A stretch of DNA of 64,000 bases from an uncultured Chloroflexia bacterium (lineage in GTDB: Bacteria > Chloroflexota > Dormibacteria > Aeolococcales > Aeolococcaceae). Shown in pieces: positions 1 to 10,367 of this stretch. Numbering within the stretch: the stretch's first letter is position 1; the number at the start of each line of letters is the position of its first letter. Below the pieces are notes generated by a model. That model had not been told where the DNA came from, did no database searches, and worked only from the letters and a program-made list of their open reading frames with translations. The stretch spans positions 741,248-805,247 of the forward strand of contig CAVOOO010000009.1 in the NCBI GenBank assembly GCA_963697585.1. The letters run 5' to 3'. A program made the translations under genes and the position numbers.

Positions 1-2
1 GC

Positions 3-908
3 GACCTGCCCCCGACCCTTCCCCCGGCGCTCGCCGCCCTGCCTCTCGACTGTCACCCGATGGACGTGCTGCGCACCGCGGTGAGCCTGCTGGGCGCCGG
101 GGACGACCGGGAGGACGACGGCAGCCTCGAGGCCAACCTCGCCAAGGGGCTGAGCCTGCTGGCCAAGCTGCCCACCGTCGTCGCCGCCGAGCAACGCCGG
201 CGCCGGGGCCAGCGGCCCATCCCCCCCGATCCCGGGCTCTCCTTCACCGACAACTTCTTCCACATGTGCTTCGGCGCCCTCCCGGAGGCCGAGGTGCACC
301 GCTGCTTCGAGGTCTCGCTCATCCTCTACGCCGAGCACAGCTTCAACGCCTCCACCTTCACCGCGCGGGTGATCACCTCGACGCTCTCCGACCTCTACTC
401 CGCGGTCACCGGGGCCATCGGGGCGCTCAAGGGACCCCTGCACGGCGGCGCCAACGAGGCGGTGATGGTGATGCTGGAGGAGATCGGTGACCCGGATCGG
501 GCCGAGTCCTGGCTGACCGGCGCACTCGCCGAGAAGCGCACGATCATGGGCTTCGGGCACCGCGTCTACAAGCACGGTGACTCCCGGGTGCCGACGATGC
601 AGGCGGCCCTGGAGAGGCTGGCCGAGGCGCGAGGCGGTCAGCGTCTGCTCGAGCTCCAGACCCGGCTGGCGCGGGCGATGGTCGAGACCAAGGGGATCCA
701 TCCGAATCTCGACTACCCGACGGGTCTCGCCTACCACCTGATGGGCTTCGACACCCCGACCTTCACCCCGATCTTCGTGATGAGCCGGGTCACCGGGTGG
801 ACCGCCCACATCGTCGAGCAACTGGCCCACAACTCGCTGATCCGGCCGCTGGCCCGATATGCCGGCCCGGCCGAGCGCCAGGTCCCAGCCCGGGTGCCGG
901 CCCGATGA
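3..908 (+). CDS. Citrate synthase / 2-methylcitrate synthase family (5' end outside the window)
   Basis: Motifs LYAEHSFNASTF, GPLHGGANE, IMGFGHRVY and NLDY. The frame is open back to the window edge. The YAEHSFNASTF pattern is PrpC-like. Confidence 0.9.
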   Translation, partial: DLPPTLPPALAALPLDCHPMDVLRTAVSLLGAGDDREDDGSLEANLAKGLSLLAKLPTVVAAEQRRRRGQRPIPPDPGLSFTDNFFHMCFGALPEAEVHRCFEVSLILYAEHSFNASTFTARVITSTLSDLYSAVTGAIGALKGPLHGGANEAVMVMLEEIGDPDRAESWLTGALAEKRTIMGFGHRVYKHGDSRVPTMQAALERLAEARGGQRLLELQTRLARAMVETKGIHPNLDYPTGLAYHLMGFDTPTFTPIFVMSRVTGWTAHIVEQLAHNSLIRPLARYAGPAERQVPARVPAR

Positions 909-981
909 GCGGCCGGGGCTGCGCTCGGCCAGCGGGGAGGGCCGCCGTCCGGATACCGCCGCAGACGATGGGGGGACGACG

Positions 982-2613
982 ATGGGGATGACGGATGTCC
1001 AGCTCAACTCCTGGCTGCTCTTCGAGCATGCGCCGCGTCACTTCGGCACGACCGAGGTCGTGACCGTCGGGTCCGAGGGTGTCCACCGCCACACCTACGC
1101 CGACTTCGCCCGCCGATCTCAGCAGCTGATGCATGCCCTCGACAAGCTCGGCATCGGCAGGGGTGAGCGGGTGGCGACGCTCGCCTGGAACAGCTACCGC
1201 CACCTCGAGTGCTACTTCGCCGTCCCGTGCACCGGACGCATCCTGCACACCCTCAACCTGAGGCTCTCCGCCGCGGAGCTGGGCTGGATCATCGCCGACG
1301 CGGATGACCGGGCCATCTTCGTCGACCGCGACCTGGTCCCGCTCCTGGAGCGGGTCCCCGAGGCCGACCTTCGCGGTGTCGAGCGCATCGTGGTGCTCTC
1401 CGACCAGGTTCCGGAGTCGTCGCTGCCCGAGATGCTTCCCTACGAAGGACTGCTCGCGGACCAACCGGAGGGCTATCCGCCTCCCAACATCGACGAGCAC
1501 AGCCCGCTCGGACTCTGCTACACGTCGGGGACGACCGGCCGACCCAAGGGGGCCGTCTACACCCACCGCTCGACCGTGCTCCACTCACTGGCGGCCAGCT
1601 CGGCGGCGGGCCTCCGCATCGGCCCTGAGGACTGCATCCTGCCGCAGGTGCCGATGTTCCACGTCAACGCCTGGGGCATGCCCTATGCCGGGGTCGCCAC
1701 CGGAGCCAAGCAGGCGTTCCTCGCCGGCCCGCTCGACGCGCGCCTCCTGGTGGACCTCCTCTTCGATGAGCAGGTGACCATCACCGCCGGGGTGCCCACC
1801 GTGTGGCTGGCGGTGGCCGACGAGCTGGCCCGGCGCGGCCGCCGGCCGCCCGCACTTCGCTTCATCGTCGTCGGCGGCGCCCAGCCGCCCCGCTCGCTCA
1901 TCGAGCGCTACCGCCGCGACTTCGACATCCCCATCGTGCAGGCGTGGGGCATGACCGAAACCTCTCCGCTGGCCAGCGTCGCGTGGCCGAAACACGAGAT
2001 GCGCGACTGGGACGCGGAGAGGCTGACCAGCTCGGTCAGCACCCAGGCGGGCCTCCCCGTCCCCGGCATCAGCGTGAGCATCCGCGACTCGGAGGGTGCC
2101 GAGCTGCCCTTCGACGGCAGGACCATGGGCGAGTTGTGGGTGCGCGGCCCCTGGGTCATCGACGGCTACTGGAAGGGCGCCGGCAGCGAGCAATTCAGCG
2201 CCGACGGCTGGTTCCGGACCGGGGACATCGCGGTGGGCTCGCCGGACGGCTACTTCGTGATCGCGGACCGGATCAAGGACCTCATCAAGTCGGGCGGCGA
2301 GTGGATCTCCTCGGTGGACCTGGAAGCCGACATCATGGCGATGACGGAGGTCGCCGAGGCCGTGGTGGTGGCGATGCCCGACCCGCGCTGGCAGGAGCGC
2401 CCGCTCGCCTTCATCGTGCCGACCCCGGCGAGCACGGTGACCCTGGAGCAGGTGCGCCAGCACCTGGAGGGTCGGGGCTGGCAGCGCTGGCAGCTTCCCG
2501 ACCGCATCGAGATCATCGACGCCATCCCGCGCACCAGCGTCGGCAAGTTCGACAAGAAGCAGCTCCGGGCCCGGATGGGGGGCGATCCGGCTGCTCCCGA
2601 GCCGTCCGCATGA
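982..2613 (+). CDS. Long/medium-chain fatty-acid--CoA ligase
   Basis: AMP-binding motifs YTSGTTGRPKG, WGMTET, GWFRTGD, DRIKDLIKSGGEWISS and PRTSVGKFDK. ATG at 982 follows a G-rich RBS. Confidence 0.92.
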   Translation: MGMTDVQLNSWLLFEHAPRHFGTTEVVTVGSEGVHRHTYADFARRSQQLMHALDKLGIGRGERVATLAWNSYRHLECYFAVPCTGRILHTLNLRLSAAELGWIIADADDRAIFVDRDLVPLLERVPEADLRGVERIVVLSDQVPESSLPEMLPYEGLLADQPEGYPPPNIDEHSPLGLCYTSGTTGRPKGAVYTHRSTVLHSLAASSAAGLRIGPEDCILPQVPMFHVNAWGMPYAGVATGAKQAFLAGPLDARLLVDLLFDEQVTITAGVPTVWLAVADELARRGRRPPALRFIVVGGAQPPRSLIERYRRDFDIPIVQAWGMTETSPLASVAWPKHEMRDWDAERLTSSVSTQAGLPVPGISVSIRDSEGAELPFDGRTMGELWVRGPWVIDGYWKGAGSEQFSADGWFRTGDIAVGSPDGYFVIADRIKDLIKSGGEWISSVDLEADIMAMTEVAEAVVVAMPDPRWQERPLAFIVPTPASTVTLEQVRQHLEGRGWQRWQLPDRIEIIDAIPRTSVGKFDKKQLRARMGGDPAAPEPSA

Positions 2614-3512
2614 GCCTGGGCTCCGGCGCCATCGAGACGTCGACCTTCACCGTGCCGGTGGCCGGAGGCGGGCTCCTCGTCACCCGCTTCGGGTCGGGGT
2701 CGCGGACGGTGCTCGGCATTCACGGCATCACCGCCAACGCCATCTCGCTGCGCGCGGTGGCGCGCCGTCTCAGCCCCGAGTTCGGCCTGGTGGCGCCCGA
2801 CCTCCGCGGTCGGGGCGGCTCCCAGCACCTCCCCGGTCCCCACGGGTTGAGTGCCCACGCCGCCGACTGTGCCGCGGTCATCCATGCCCTGGACGCCCCG
2901 CCGATCGCGGTCCTGGGTGAGTCGATGGGTGCCTACGTGGGGGTGATCCTGGCCGCCCGGTATCCCCGGCTGGTGCGCCGGCTGGTCCTCGCCGACGGCG
3001 GGCTGCCCCTGCCCCAGCCACCCGGCTTCACGGCCGGTTCCGATCCGGCGCCGGTCGTGCAGACGCTGCTGGGCCCGGCCCTCGCCCGGCTGTCCAGGGT
3101 GTTCCCCTCCCGCGACGCATATCTCGACTTCTGGCGACGACACCCCGCCTTCACGCAGGACTGGAACGAGGACGTCGAGGCCTACCTCGACCACGACCTC
3201 GAGGCCTGCGACGGCGGCTTCCGGAGCCGGGTCAGCGAGGCCGCGGTGCGGGCGGATGCCGCCGAGCAGCTCACCGACCCGGACCTCTTCGCTCGGGCGC
3301 TGCAGAGCATCACCTGCCCGATCAACCTGGTCACGGCGCCCCGCAACCTGATCGATCAGCCGGTGCCGCTGCTGAGCCCGGCCATCGTCGCCGAGTGGCA
3401 GGCGAGGCTCCCCAACCTCTTCGCGGAGATGGTGCCGGACGTCAACCACTACTCCCTCATGATGGGCAGCCGGGGGGCACCGATCCTGGCGGCGCGCCTG
3501 GCCGCCGGATGA
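2610..3512 (+). CDS. Alpha/beta hydrolase (lipase/esterase-like)
   Basis: HGIT oxyanion motif, PDLRGRG, nucleophile elbow GESMG and C-terminal NHY. ATGA overlap with the upstream stop. Confidence 0.85.
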   Translation: MSLGSGAIETSTFTVPVAGGGLLVTRFGSGSRTVLGIHGITANAISLRAVARRLSPEFGLVAPDLRGRGGSQHLPGPHGLSAHAADCAAVIHALDAPPIAVLGESMGAYVGVILAARYPRLVRRLVLADGGLPLPQPPGFTAGSDPAPVVQTLLGPALARLSRVFPSRDAYLDFWRRHPAFTQDWNEDVEAYLDHDLEACDGGFRSRVSEAAVRADAAEQLTDPDLFARALQSITCPINLVTAPRNLIDQPVPLLSPAIVAEWQARLPNLFAEMVPDVNHYSLMMGSRGAPILAARLAAG

Positions 3513-3522
3513 GAGCCGAGCC

Positions 3523-5478
3523 ATGACCGACGTCAGCAGTGGCGAGTCCCGTGACGTGGCAGAGGCGGCCCGCGAGAAGGAGTGGAGACTGCCCAGCTTC
3601 GGCAGGGAGCTCTTCCTGGGCAGCTTCCGCCTCGACCTCATCTCCCCGCAGCCACCCCTCGATCCCCGGATGGTGGCGAAGGGCGAGGCCTTCCTGGCCA
3701 GGATGCGTGCGTTCCTGGAGACCAGCGTCGATCCCGCCCGGATCGAGCGCGAGGCGCGGATCCCCGCGGAGGTGATCGACGGCCTCAAGGAGCTCGGCGC
3801 CCTCGGCATGAAGGTTCCCGAGAGGTACGGGGGGCTGGGGCTCTCCCCGGTCTACTACCACCGCGCCCTCGGCCTCTGCGGCAGCTGGCACCCCGCCCTC
3901 TCGGCGATGCTCTCGGCGCACCAGTCGGTGGGGGTGTCGGAGCCACTGCTGCTCTTCGGCACCGAGGTGCAGCGGAGCACCTGGCTCCCGCGCGTCGCCC
4001 GCGATCAGATCTCCGCATTCCTGCTCACCGAACCGGATGTCGGTTCCGACCCCGCCCGCCTGCGCACGACCGCCGTGCCCACCGGCGATGGCCGCGGTTA
4101 CCGGATCGACGGCGTCAAGCTGTGGGCGACCAACGGCACCATCGCCGACGTGGCGGTGGTGCTGGCCAAGGTGCCCAGGGGCGAGGGGCACCGAGGCGGG
4201 ATCACCGCCTTCATCGTCCCCTACCACGATCCCGGGGTGACCGTCGAGCACGCCAACCGGTTCATGGGCCTGCGGGGGATGGACAACTCGCTGACGCGGT
4301 TGACCAACGTCTTCGTCCCCAGCGAGAACGTCATCGGCGGCGAGGGCCGCGGGCTCCGCATCGCCCTGAGCACCCTCAACGCCGGCCGGCTCTCGCTTCC
4401 CGGAATCCAGGTCGGCACCGCCAAGTGGGCCACCAAGATCGCCCGCGAGTTCGCCGGCCAGCGGGTGCAGTGGGGCAAGCCGGTGGGCCAGCACGACGAG
4501 GTGGCCCAGATGGTCGCCTTCATCGCGGCCAGCGCCTTCGGCCTCGAGGCCATGGTCGACCTGAGCGGCAGGCTCGCCGGCGAGGAGCGCAACGACATCC
4601 GCATCGAGGCCGCGCTGACCAAGCTCTACGCGTCGGAGCTCTGCTGGCAGGTCGTCGACGCCCTGGTTCAGGTCTGCGGCGGCCGTGGCTACGAGACCGC
4701 CGACTCGCAGGGCGAGCGAGGTGAGAGGCCGCTCACGGTCGAGCAGGCGCTCCGCGACTCGCGGGTCTTCCGCATCTTCGAGGGGACGTCCCAGGTGATG
4801 CACCTGGCGGTGGCCCGAGAGGCCGTGGACCAGCACCTGCAGGTCGCCGGCGAGCTCATCGCCCCCGACTCGGCCCCGGGCGAGAAGGCGAGGGCCGCCG
4901 CTCGCGCCACCCGCTTCTACGGAAGCTGGCTGCCCCGGCTGGAGTTCGGAAGGGGTCAGCTCCCGGGAGCCTACGCCGAGCACGGCCGTCTCGCCCCCCA
5001 CCTCCGGTTCGTCGAGCGCAGCTCGCGGAGGCTGGCCCGATCCACCTTCTACGGCATGGCCCGCTGGCAGGGCCGGCTGGAGCAGAGAGGAGCCTTTCTC
5101 GGTCGCATCGTCGACATCGGCGCCGAGCTGTTCGCCATCTCGGCCGCCGTGGTCCATGCCGAGACCCTCGCCGCCGAGGCTCCCGACCGTGCCGAGGCGG
5201 TCCTGGAGGTCGCCGATCTCTTCTGCCGCCAGGCCGGCCACCGCACCGCCCGGCTCTTCGACGCGCTCTGGTCGAATGACGACACCGCCAACCACACCAT
5301 CGCCCTGCGGGTGCTCGAAGGCCGCCACCTCTGGTTGGAGGAGGGGGTCATGGATCCCAGCGAGACCGCTCCCTCCGCGAAGCGGCTCGACCCCGACGCT
5401 CAGGCCGGAGATGGCGGGGTCGCGTCGCCACCGGGTCGCCGCCTCCCCACGACCCCGGCGTCGGGAGCGGCCTCCTAG
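3523..5478 (+). CDS. Acyl-CoA dehydrogenase (long, ACAD9/FadE10-like)
   Basis: Motifs FLLTEPDVGSD, GVKLWATNG, R-x-QWGKP, GGRGY and RIFEGT. Confidence 0.92.
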   Translation: MTDVSSGESRDVAEAAREKEWRLPSFGRELFLGSFRLDLISPQPPLDPRMVAKGEAFLARMRAFLETSVDPARIEREARIPAEVIDGLKELGALGMKVPERYGGLGLSPVYYHRALGLCGSWHPALSAMLSAHQSVGVSEPLLLFGTEVQRSTWLPRVARDQISAFLLTEPDVGSDPARLRTTAVPTGDGRGYRIDGVKLWATNGTIADVAVVLAKVPRGEGHRGGITAFIVPYHDPGVTVEHANRFMGLRGMDNSLTRLTNVFVPSENVIGGEGRGLRIALSTLNAGRLSLPGIQVGTAKWATKIAREFAGQRVQWGKPVGQHDEVAQMVAFIAASAFGLEAMVDLSGRLAGEERNDIRIEAALTKLYASELCWQVVDALVQVCGGRGYETADSQGERGERPLTVEQALRDSRVFRIFEGTSQVMHLAVAREAVDQHLQVAGELIAPDSAPGEKARAAARATRFYGSWLPRLEFGRGQLPGAYAEHGRLAPHLRFVERSSRRLARSTFYGMARWQGRLEQRGAFLGRIVDIGAELFAISAAVVHAETLAAEAPDRAEAVLEVADLFCRQAGHRTARLFDALWSNDDTANHTIALRVLEGRHLWLEEGVMDPSETAPSAKRLDPDAQAGDGGVASPPGRRLPTTPASGAAS

Positions 5479-5502
5479 CCAGGTCACCGGCGGCTGAGGG
5501 GC

Positions 5503-6666
5503 TCAGCTCAGCCGCTCCACCACCATCGCCATCCCCATCCCGCCACCCACGCACATGGTCTCCAGGCCGATGGTGCCGTCCCGCTCGCGGAGCCCGTTGA
5601 GCAGGGTGCAGAGGATGCGGGCCCCGGTCATGCCGAAGGGGTGACCGAGGGCGATGGCGCCTCCGTGGGGGTTGAGCCGGTCGTCGAAGGGATCGATCCC
5701 GAGCTCCCGCGCCGACGGGATCACCTGGGCCGCGAAGGCCTCGTTGATCTCGATGAGATCGACATCGGAGATGGTCATCCCGAGCCGCCGCAGGGCCTGC
5801 CGGGAGGCGGCGACGGGCCCCATGCCCATGTACTCGGGCTCGAGGGCGCACAGCCCGGTCGCCCTGATGCGGGCCACAGGGGTGATCCGCAGCTCCCTCG
5901 CCCGCCTGTCGCTCATCACCACCACGGCGGCGGCGCCGTCGTTGAGCGGGCACGAGTTGCCCGCGGTGACCCGGCCGCCCTCGCGGAAGGCGGGCTCCAG
6001 CGCCGCCAGCTTCTCCAGGGAGGTGTCCCGGCGGGGGCCGTCGTCCCGGGTCATCAAGGCGCCGTCGCCAAGCGGCACGGGCACGATCTCGCGGGCGAAG
6101 AAGCCGCTCTCCTCGGCGGCGACCGCCCGTTCCTGGGAGCGCAGGCCGAAGCGGTCCATCTCCTCCCGGGAGATCCCCTCGCGCTCGGCCACGTTCTCGG
6201 CGGTCTGGCCCATGGCGATGTAGTAGTCGGGGTGGCCCTCGGCGTTGCCCGGCTGGAGCCGCGGGTTCTGGGCCGCGGGGGGGTCGCTGCTGCCGTTGCC
6301 GTAGCGGCTGATCATCTCGACCCCCACCGAGAGGAAGACGTCGCCCTCACCGCAGCGGATGGCGTGGGCGGCCATGCGGGTGGTCTGCAGCGACGACGAG
6401 CAGTACCGGGTGACGGTGGTTCCGGGCACGTTCAGGCCAGCCAGGATGGACACCGCCCGTCCCAGGTTGAATCCCTGCTCCCCTCCAGGCAGCCCGCAGC
6501 CGCAGATGAGGTCGTCGACGGTGTGCGGGTCGAGCTGGGGGACCTCCTCCAGCACCCTGCCGGCCACGAAGGCGGCGAGGTCGTCGCCGCGCCAGTTGAC
6601 CAGCGACCCCTTGAAGGCTCGCCCGATGGGGGTGCGACCGAGGGCGACGACGACGGGCTCGGGCAT
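5503..6666 (-). CDS. Acetyl-CoA C-acyltransferase (thiolase)
   Basis: Motifs RTPIG, RYCSSS (catalytic Cys), NEAFA, GHPFG and C-terminal CVGGGMG. The start was trimmed to MPEPVVV. Confidence 0.93.
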   Translation of the reverse strand: MPEPVVVALGRTPIGRAFKGSLVNWRGDDLAAFVAGRVLEEVPQLDPHTVDDLICGCGLPGGEQGFNLGRAVSILAGLNVPGTTVTRYCSSSLQTTRMAAHAIRCGEGDVFLSVGVEMISRYGNGSSDPPAAQNPRLQPGNAEGHPDYYIAMGQTAENVAEREGISREEMDRFGLRSQERAVAAEESGFFAREIVPVPLGDGALMTRDDGPRRDTSLEKLAALEPAFREGGRVTAGNSCPLNDGAAAVVVMSDRRARELRITPVARIRATGLCALEPEYMGMGPVAASRQALRRLGMTISDVDLIEINEAFAAQVIPSARELGIDPFDDRLNPHGGAIALGHPFGMTGARILCTLLNGLRERDGTIGLETMCVGGGMGMAMVVERLS

Positions 6667-6807
6667 GGCGTGAACCTCCGACCTTGACGAACCGCACCGC
6701 GCGTCTGGCCGCCGTGCAACCTCCCTTATAGACGGCCGGCGCGACCGGCGTCCAGGCGGGCCGGCAGGCCCGCCGGAACCGGCCCGCGGCCTGCGACCAT
6801 ACGCGCC

Positions 6808-7833
6808 ATGCTGATGTTCCTCGACGACTACTCGGAGGGCGGCCATCCGGCCCTGCTCGAGGCCCTGGTCGCGCACAACGGCGGCCAGGAGCTCGGCTAC
6901 GGAGAGGATCGGCACTCGCAGCTCGCGGCCGAGCGGATCGCCGCCCAGGTCGGGCGGGATTGCGAGGTCCACCTGCTGGTGGGCGGCACCCAGACCAACC
7001 TCACCTGCCTCGGCGCCTTCCTCCGCTCCCACGAGGGTGTGATCGCCGCCGAGAGCGCGCACATCAACGTTCACGAGACGGGGGCCATCGAGGCCACCGG
7101 CCACCGCATCCTGCAGGTCCCCTCGCCCACCGGCAAGCTCGACCCCGGGCTCGTCGACGAGGTGCTGGCCCGGCATGGGGATGAGCACAGCGTGCGACCG
7201 GCGGGGATCTTCCTCGCCCAGGCCACCGAGGCGGGGGGCGTCTACACCGCCGCCGAGCTGGAGGCCCTCTGCGCCCATGCCCACGCCCGCGGGCTCTGGG
7301 TGTACCTCGACGGCGCCCGTCTGGCCCAGGCGCTGGCGGCGCTCGGAGCCCGGCTGGACCTGGTCGCGGCCTGCGGCGTCGACGCCTTCTTCGTCGGGGG
7401 CACCAAGAACGGGGCGCTCTGCGGCGAGGCCGTGGTCCTGATCGACCACGGGCTGCGGCGCGACTTCCGGTACCACATGAAGCAGCGCGGTGCGCTGCTC
7501 GCCAAGGGGCGGCTGCTGGGCATCCAGTTTGCCCGCCTCTTCGACTCCGACGACCTCTGGTACCGGCTGGGTGCTCGGGCCAACGCCGCCGCCGCGCGGT
7601 TGGCCGGAGGGCTGACCACGTGCGGGGTGCCACCGAGCGCCGCCGAGGCCAACCAGGTCTTCGTCGAGCTTCCCGGCGACGCCGTGGAACGGCTGGCCGC
7701 GGCGGTTCGCTTCCATCGCTGGTCACGCAGCGAGAGCGGGACCCTGATCCGGCTGGTCTGCTCCTGGGCCACCGATGACGCGACGGTCGACCGGCTGGTC
7801 GACGAGGTGCGCCGGGTGCTCGGGTCGGGGTGA
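6808..7833 (+). CDS. ltaE: Low-specificity L-threonine aldolase (PLP-dependent)
   Basis: Motifs DYSEG, GGTQTN, HINVHETGAIE, LDGARL and GGTKNG (PLP lysine). Confidence 0.88.
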   Translation: MLMFLDDYSEGGHPALLEALVAHNGGQELGYGEDRHSQLAAERIAAQVGRDCEVHLLVGGTQTNLTCLGAFLRSHEGVIAAESAHINVHETGAIEATGHRILQVPSPTGKLDPGLVDEVLARHGDEHSVRPAGIFLAQATEAGGVYTAAELEALCAHAHARGLWVYLDGARLAQALAALGARLDLVAACGVDAFFVGGTKNGALCGEAVVLIDHGLRRDFRYHMKQRGALLAKGRLLGIQFARLFDSDDLWYRLGARANAAAARLAGGLTTCGVPPSAAEANQVFVELPGDAVERLAAAVRFHRWSRSESGTLIRLVCSWATDDATVDRLVDEVRRVLGSG

Positions 7834-7893
7834 GCGGGCCTGCGTGGATGCGACGCGGCGCCGCACCCACGCAGGCTCTCCCGGCATTCGTCC

Positions 7894-10206
7894 CTACAGG
7901 CCCTGGACGACCTGCGGCGTGTCGCTGAAGACGGCGGTGGAGCCGTCGCCCAGCTCGTCGCTCTCGTTGTCACCCCAGCACTCCACCTCCGCCGGCACGT
8001 AGATCACCGCGCAGGTGGCGGGCGCGTCGTCCGACGAGATGGCGATCGCCGGCCCGGCCAGCTCGAAGACGGTGATCGGCGTGTCCGACGAGCCCGTCCC
8101 CCCGTTGCCGAGCTCGCCGACACTGCCGTCGCCCCAGCACTCGACCGACCCGGTGTCGAGCAGGGCACAGGCGCTGGCGAGTCCGGCCACGACCTGGCTC
8201 GCCGGGCCCTGGAGCTCCACCTTGACCGGCGAGGTGTTGGGGGTGGTGTCGGTGGTCCCGTCGCCCAGCTCTCCGTCGGCGTCGTAGCCCCAGCAGTAGA
8301 CGTCGCCGGTGGTCAGCAGGGCGCAGGTGAAGCCGGCGGGATGAACGGATGCGTCGAAGGTGCCCCCGGTCGCGATCTGCACGGCCGGCGCGGGCAGCCC
8401 CTGGACCTGCTGGGGGGTGGCGTTGTTGGTCGTGGTGCCGTCGCCGAGCTCACCGTACATGTCACTGCCCCAGCAGTAGGCGGCGCCGGAGGTGCTGATG
8501 GCGCAGGTGTGCTCCAGTCCCTCCGCCGAGATCTGGGTCACGCCGAGACCGACGTGCTTCGGCACATCGCTGTTGCTGGTGCTCGAGTCCCCGAGGGCTC
8601 CGTACTGGTTCTCGCCCCAGCAGAACGGGTCATCACCGGTCTTGATGCTGCAGGTCACCCCGTCGCCCTCGGTGACCGAGAGCACCCCGCTGCCCATCTG
8701 CTTGACCGGCTGCGGCGTCGGATGCTGGTCGGTGTCCCCGACCCCGTCCTCGCCGTTCAGGTTGTAGCCCCAGCACTGCAGCGAACCGGTGGTGGCCAGG
8801 GCACAGACGTCATTGGTGCCGGCGGCGACCTGCGCCGTCCGGCCGCCCAGGTCCAGGACCGGGACGGCCGCCGTCTGGGGGTCGAAGTTGGTCCCGTCAT
8901 CGGTCCCCCAGCAGCTCACCTCCAGGGACTGCTCCAGCGCGCAGCCGCCGGCCCAGCCCTCGGATACGGCCTGGGGACCCGAGTACAGCCCCATGACGAG
9001 GGTCGGGAGGTCGCGGTTGCCCTGGGTCCCGTCGCCGACCTGGCCCGTGTTGTTGCGACCCCAGCACTCCACCGGGCCGATGTTGAGCACGGCGCACGTG
9101 TGCCAGCTTCCCGCCGAGATCTGCTCGGGGCCACCCAGGCCACTGGCCGGATTGGTGGCCAGCCCGAAGACGACCGTCGGTGTCTTGACCGAGGTGCTCA
9201 GCGATCCAATTCCCACCTGGCCGTAACCGTCGGCTCCCCAGCACTCCGCCTGCACCGACGCGACGACGACCATCGCGCAGGTCTGCTCGAAGCCTGCGGA
9301 GACCTGCTCCACGCCGCTGCTGAGACCGGCGACGGGGACCGGCGTGGTGCGGTTGGTGTCGGTGCCGTCACCGAGCTGGAAGTCGTTGTTGAGGCCCCAG
9401 CAGTACAAACCCTGTGCCGGGGTGGTGATGGCGCAGGTGCTGTCCTCGCCGGCGGCGATGGCGCCCACGCCGCTCAGACCCATCACCTGCACCGGCTTAT
9501 GGCTGCTCACGGTGGTGCCGTCGCCGAGCTGGCCGTCCGCGTTGTCGCCCCAGCACCAGACCGCGCCGGTGCTCAGCAGGGCGCATGCATGCTCGTCGCC
9601 GGCGGCAATCTGCAGCACGCTGCCGCGGGCGAGGGAGACGGCGACGGGCACGGCGCTGTCGGTGGTGGTCCCATTGCCGAGCTCGCCGTCGCTGTTGTGG
9701 CCCCAGCAATAGGCCTGCTCCCCCGTGGTGAGGCCGCAGGCGAAGACGTCCCCCTTCACCGAGAGCTGCTTGAAGGTGAGCCCGCCGGCCACCTGAACCG
9801 GCTTGTCCACCCGCGACGCGGTGGTCGCGTTGCCCAGCTGACCGTAGTTGTCTCGGCCCCAGCACCAGGCGGCCGCCGCGGTGGCGATGGCACAGGTGAC
9901 CTCGTCGCCCGCCGTGATGGCGGTCGCAGGCGGGAGGCCGGCGACCGCCATGGGCTGGACGGACGCGGTGAAGGTGCCGTCGCCGAGCTGACCGTATTGA
10001 TTCTCGCCCCAGCACTGGACCGCGCCCACCGAGTCCAGGAAGCAGGTGCTCAATCCACCGGCGGTCACATAGGGCGTGATCGCGGCGGCCGCGGGCGGAG
10101 ACCCCACCGCACCCAGGGTGAGGAGGGATCCGAGCAGGGCGAGGATGCCGGCGGGCGCGCCCATCCACCTTGCTCTCGATCGGTGCGAACAGCGCAGAAC
10201 GTTCAC
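7894..10206 (-). CDS. Secreted RCC1/BLIP-II-like repeat protein (14 CWG repeats)
   Basis: Signal peptide ending PAAAA, then 14 repeats of roughly C-x7-9-CWG-x-N-x2-GQLG-x-G. The GTG at 10206 has GGAGG upstream. Confidence 0.88.
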   Translation of the reverse strand: MNVLRCSHRSRARWMGAPAGILALLGSLLTLGAVGSPPAAAAITPYVTAGGLSTCFLDSVGAVQCWGENQYGQLGDGTFTASVQPMAVAGLPPATAITAGDEVTCAIATAAAAWCWGRDNYGQLGNATTASRVDKPVQVAGGLTFKQLSVKGDVFACGLTTGEQAYCWGHNSDGELGNGTTTDSAVPVAVSLARGSVLQIAAGDEHACALLSTGAVWCWGDNADGQLGDGTTVSSHKPVQVMGLSGVGAIAAGEDSTCAITTPAQGLYCWGLNNDFQLGDGTDTNRTTPVPVAGLSSGVEQVSAGFEQTCAMVVVASVQAECWGADGYGQVGIGSLSTSVKTPTVVFGLATNPASGLGGPEQISAGSWHTCAVLNIGPVECWGRNNTGQVGDGTQGNRDLPTLVMGLYSGPQAVSEGWAGGCALEQSLEVSCWGTDDGTNFDPQTAAVPVLDLGGRTAQVAAGTNDVCALATTGSLQCWGYNLNGEDGVGDTDQHPTPQPVKQMGSGVLSVTEGDGVTCSIKTGDDPFCWGENQYGALGDSSTSNSDVPKHVGLGVTQISAEGLEHTCAISTSGAAYCWGSDMYGELGDGTTTNNATPQQVQGLPAPAVQIATGGTFDASVHPAGFTCALLTTGDVYCWGYDADGELGDGTTDTTPNTSPVKVELQGPASQVVAGLASACALLDTGSVECWGDGSVGELGNGGTGSSDTPITVFELAGPAIAISSDDAPATCAVIYVPAEVECWGDNESDELGDGSTAVFSDTPQVVQGL

Positions 10207-10279
10207 GAGCCTTCTCCTCCCGCAGGGCGCGCCTGGGCCTGATCCATGGCCCGGCATCCTGAGCGGTGGGATTTGACTG

Positions 10280-10300
10280 CCCTTAAAGCCGGCTTAAGGG
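10280..10300. promoter_or_regulatory. CTTAA-N6-CTTAA direct repeat / near-palindrome in the divergent RCC1-GAF intergenic region
   Basis: CCCTTAAAGCCGGCTTAAGGG is an AT-rich island with 11-bp periodicity, typical of OmpR-family boxes. Confidence 0.5.
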
Positions 10301-10367
10301 GTCGCGTCCGCCCCTCATCAGGGGGTGCGGGCCGACGGCGGCGACGTGGCAGGATGGAGCACGCCGC

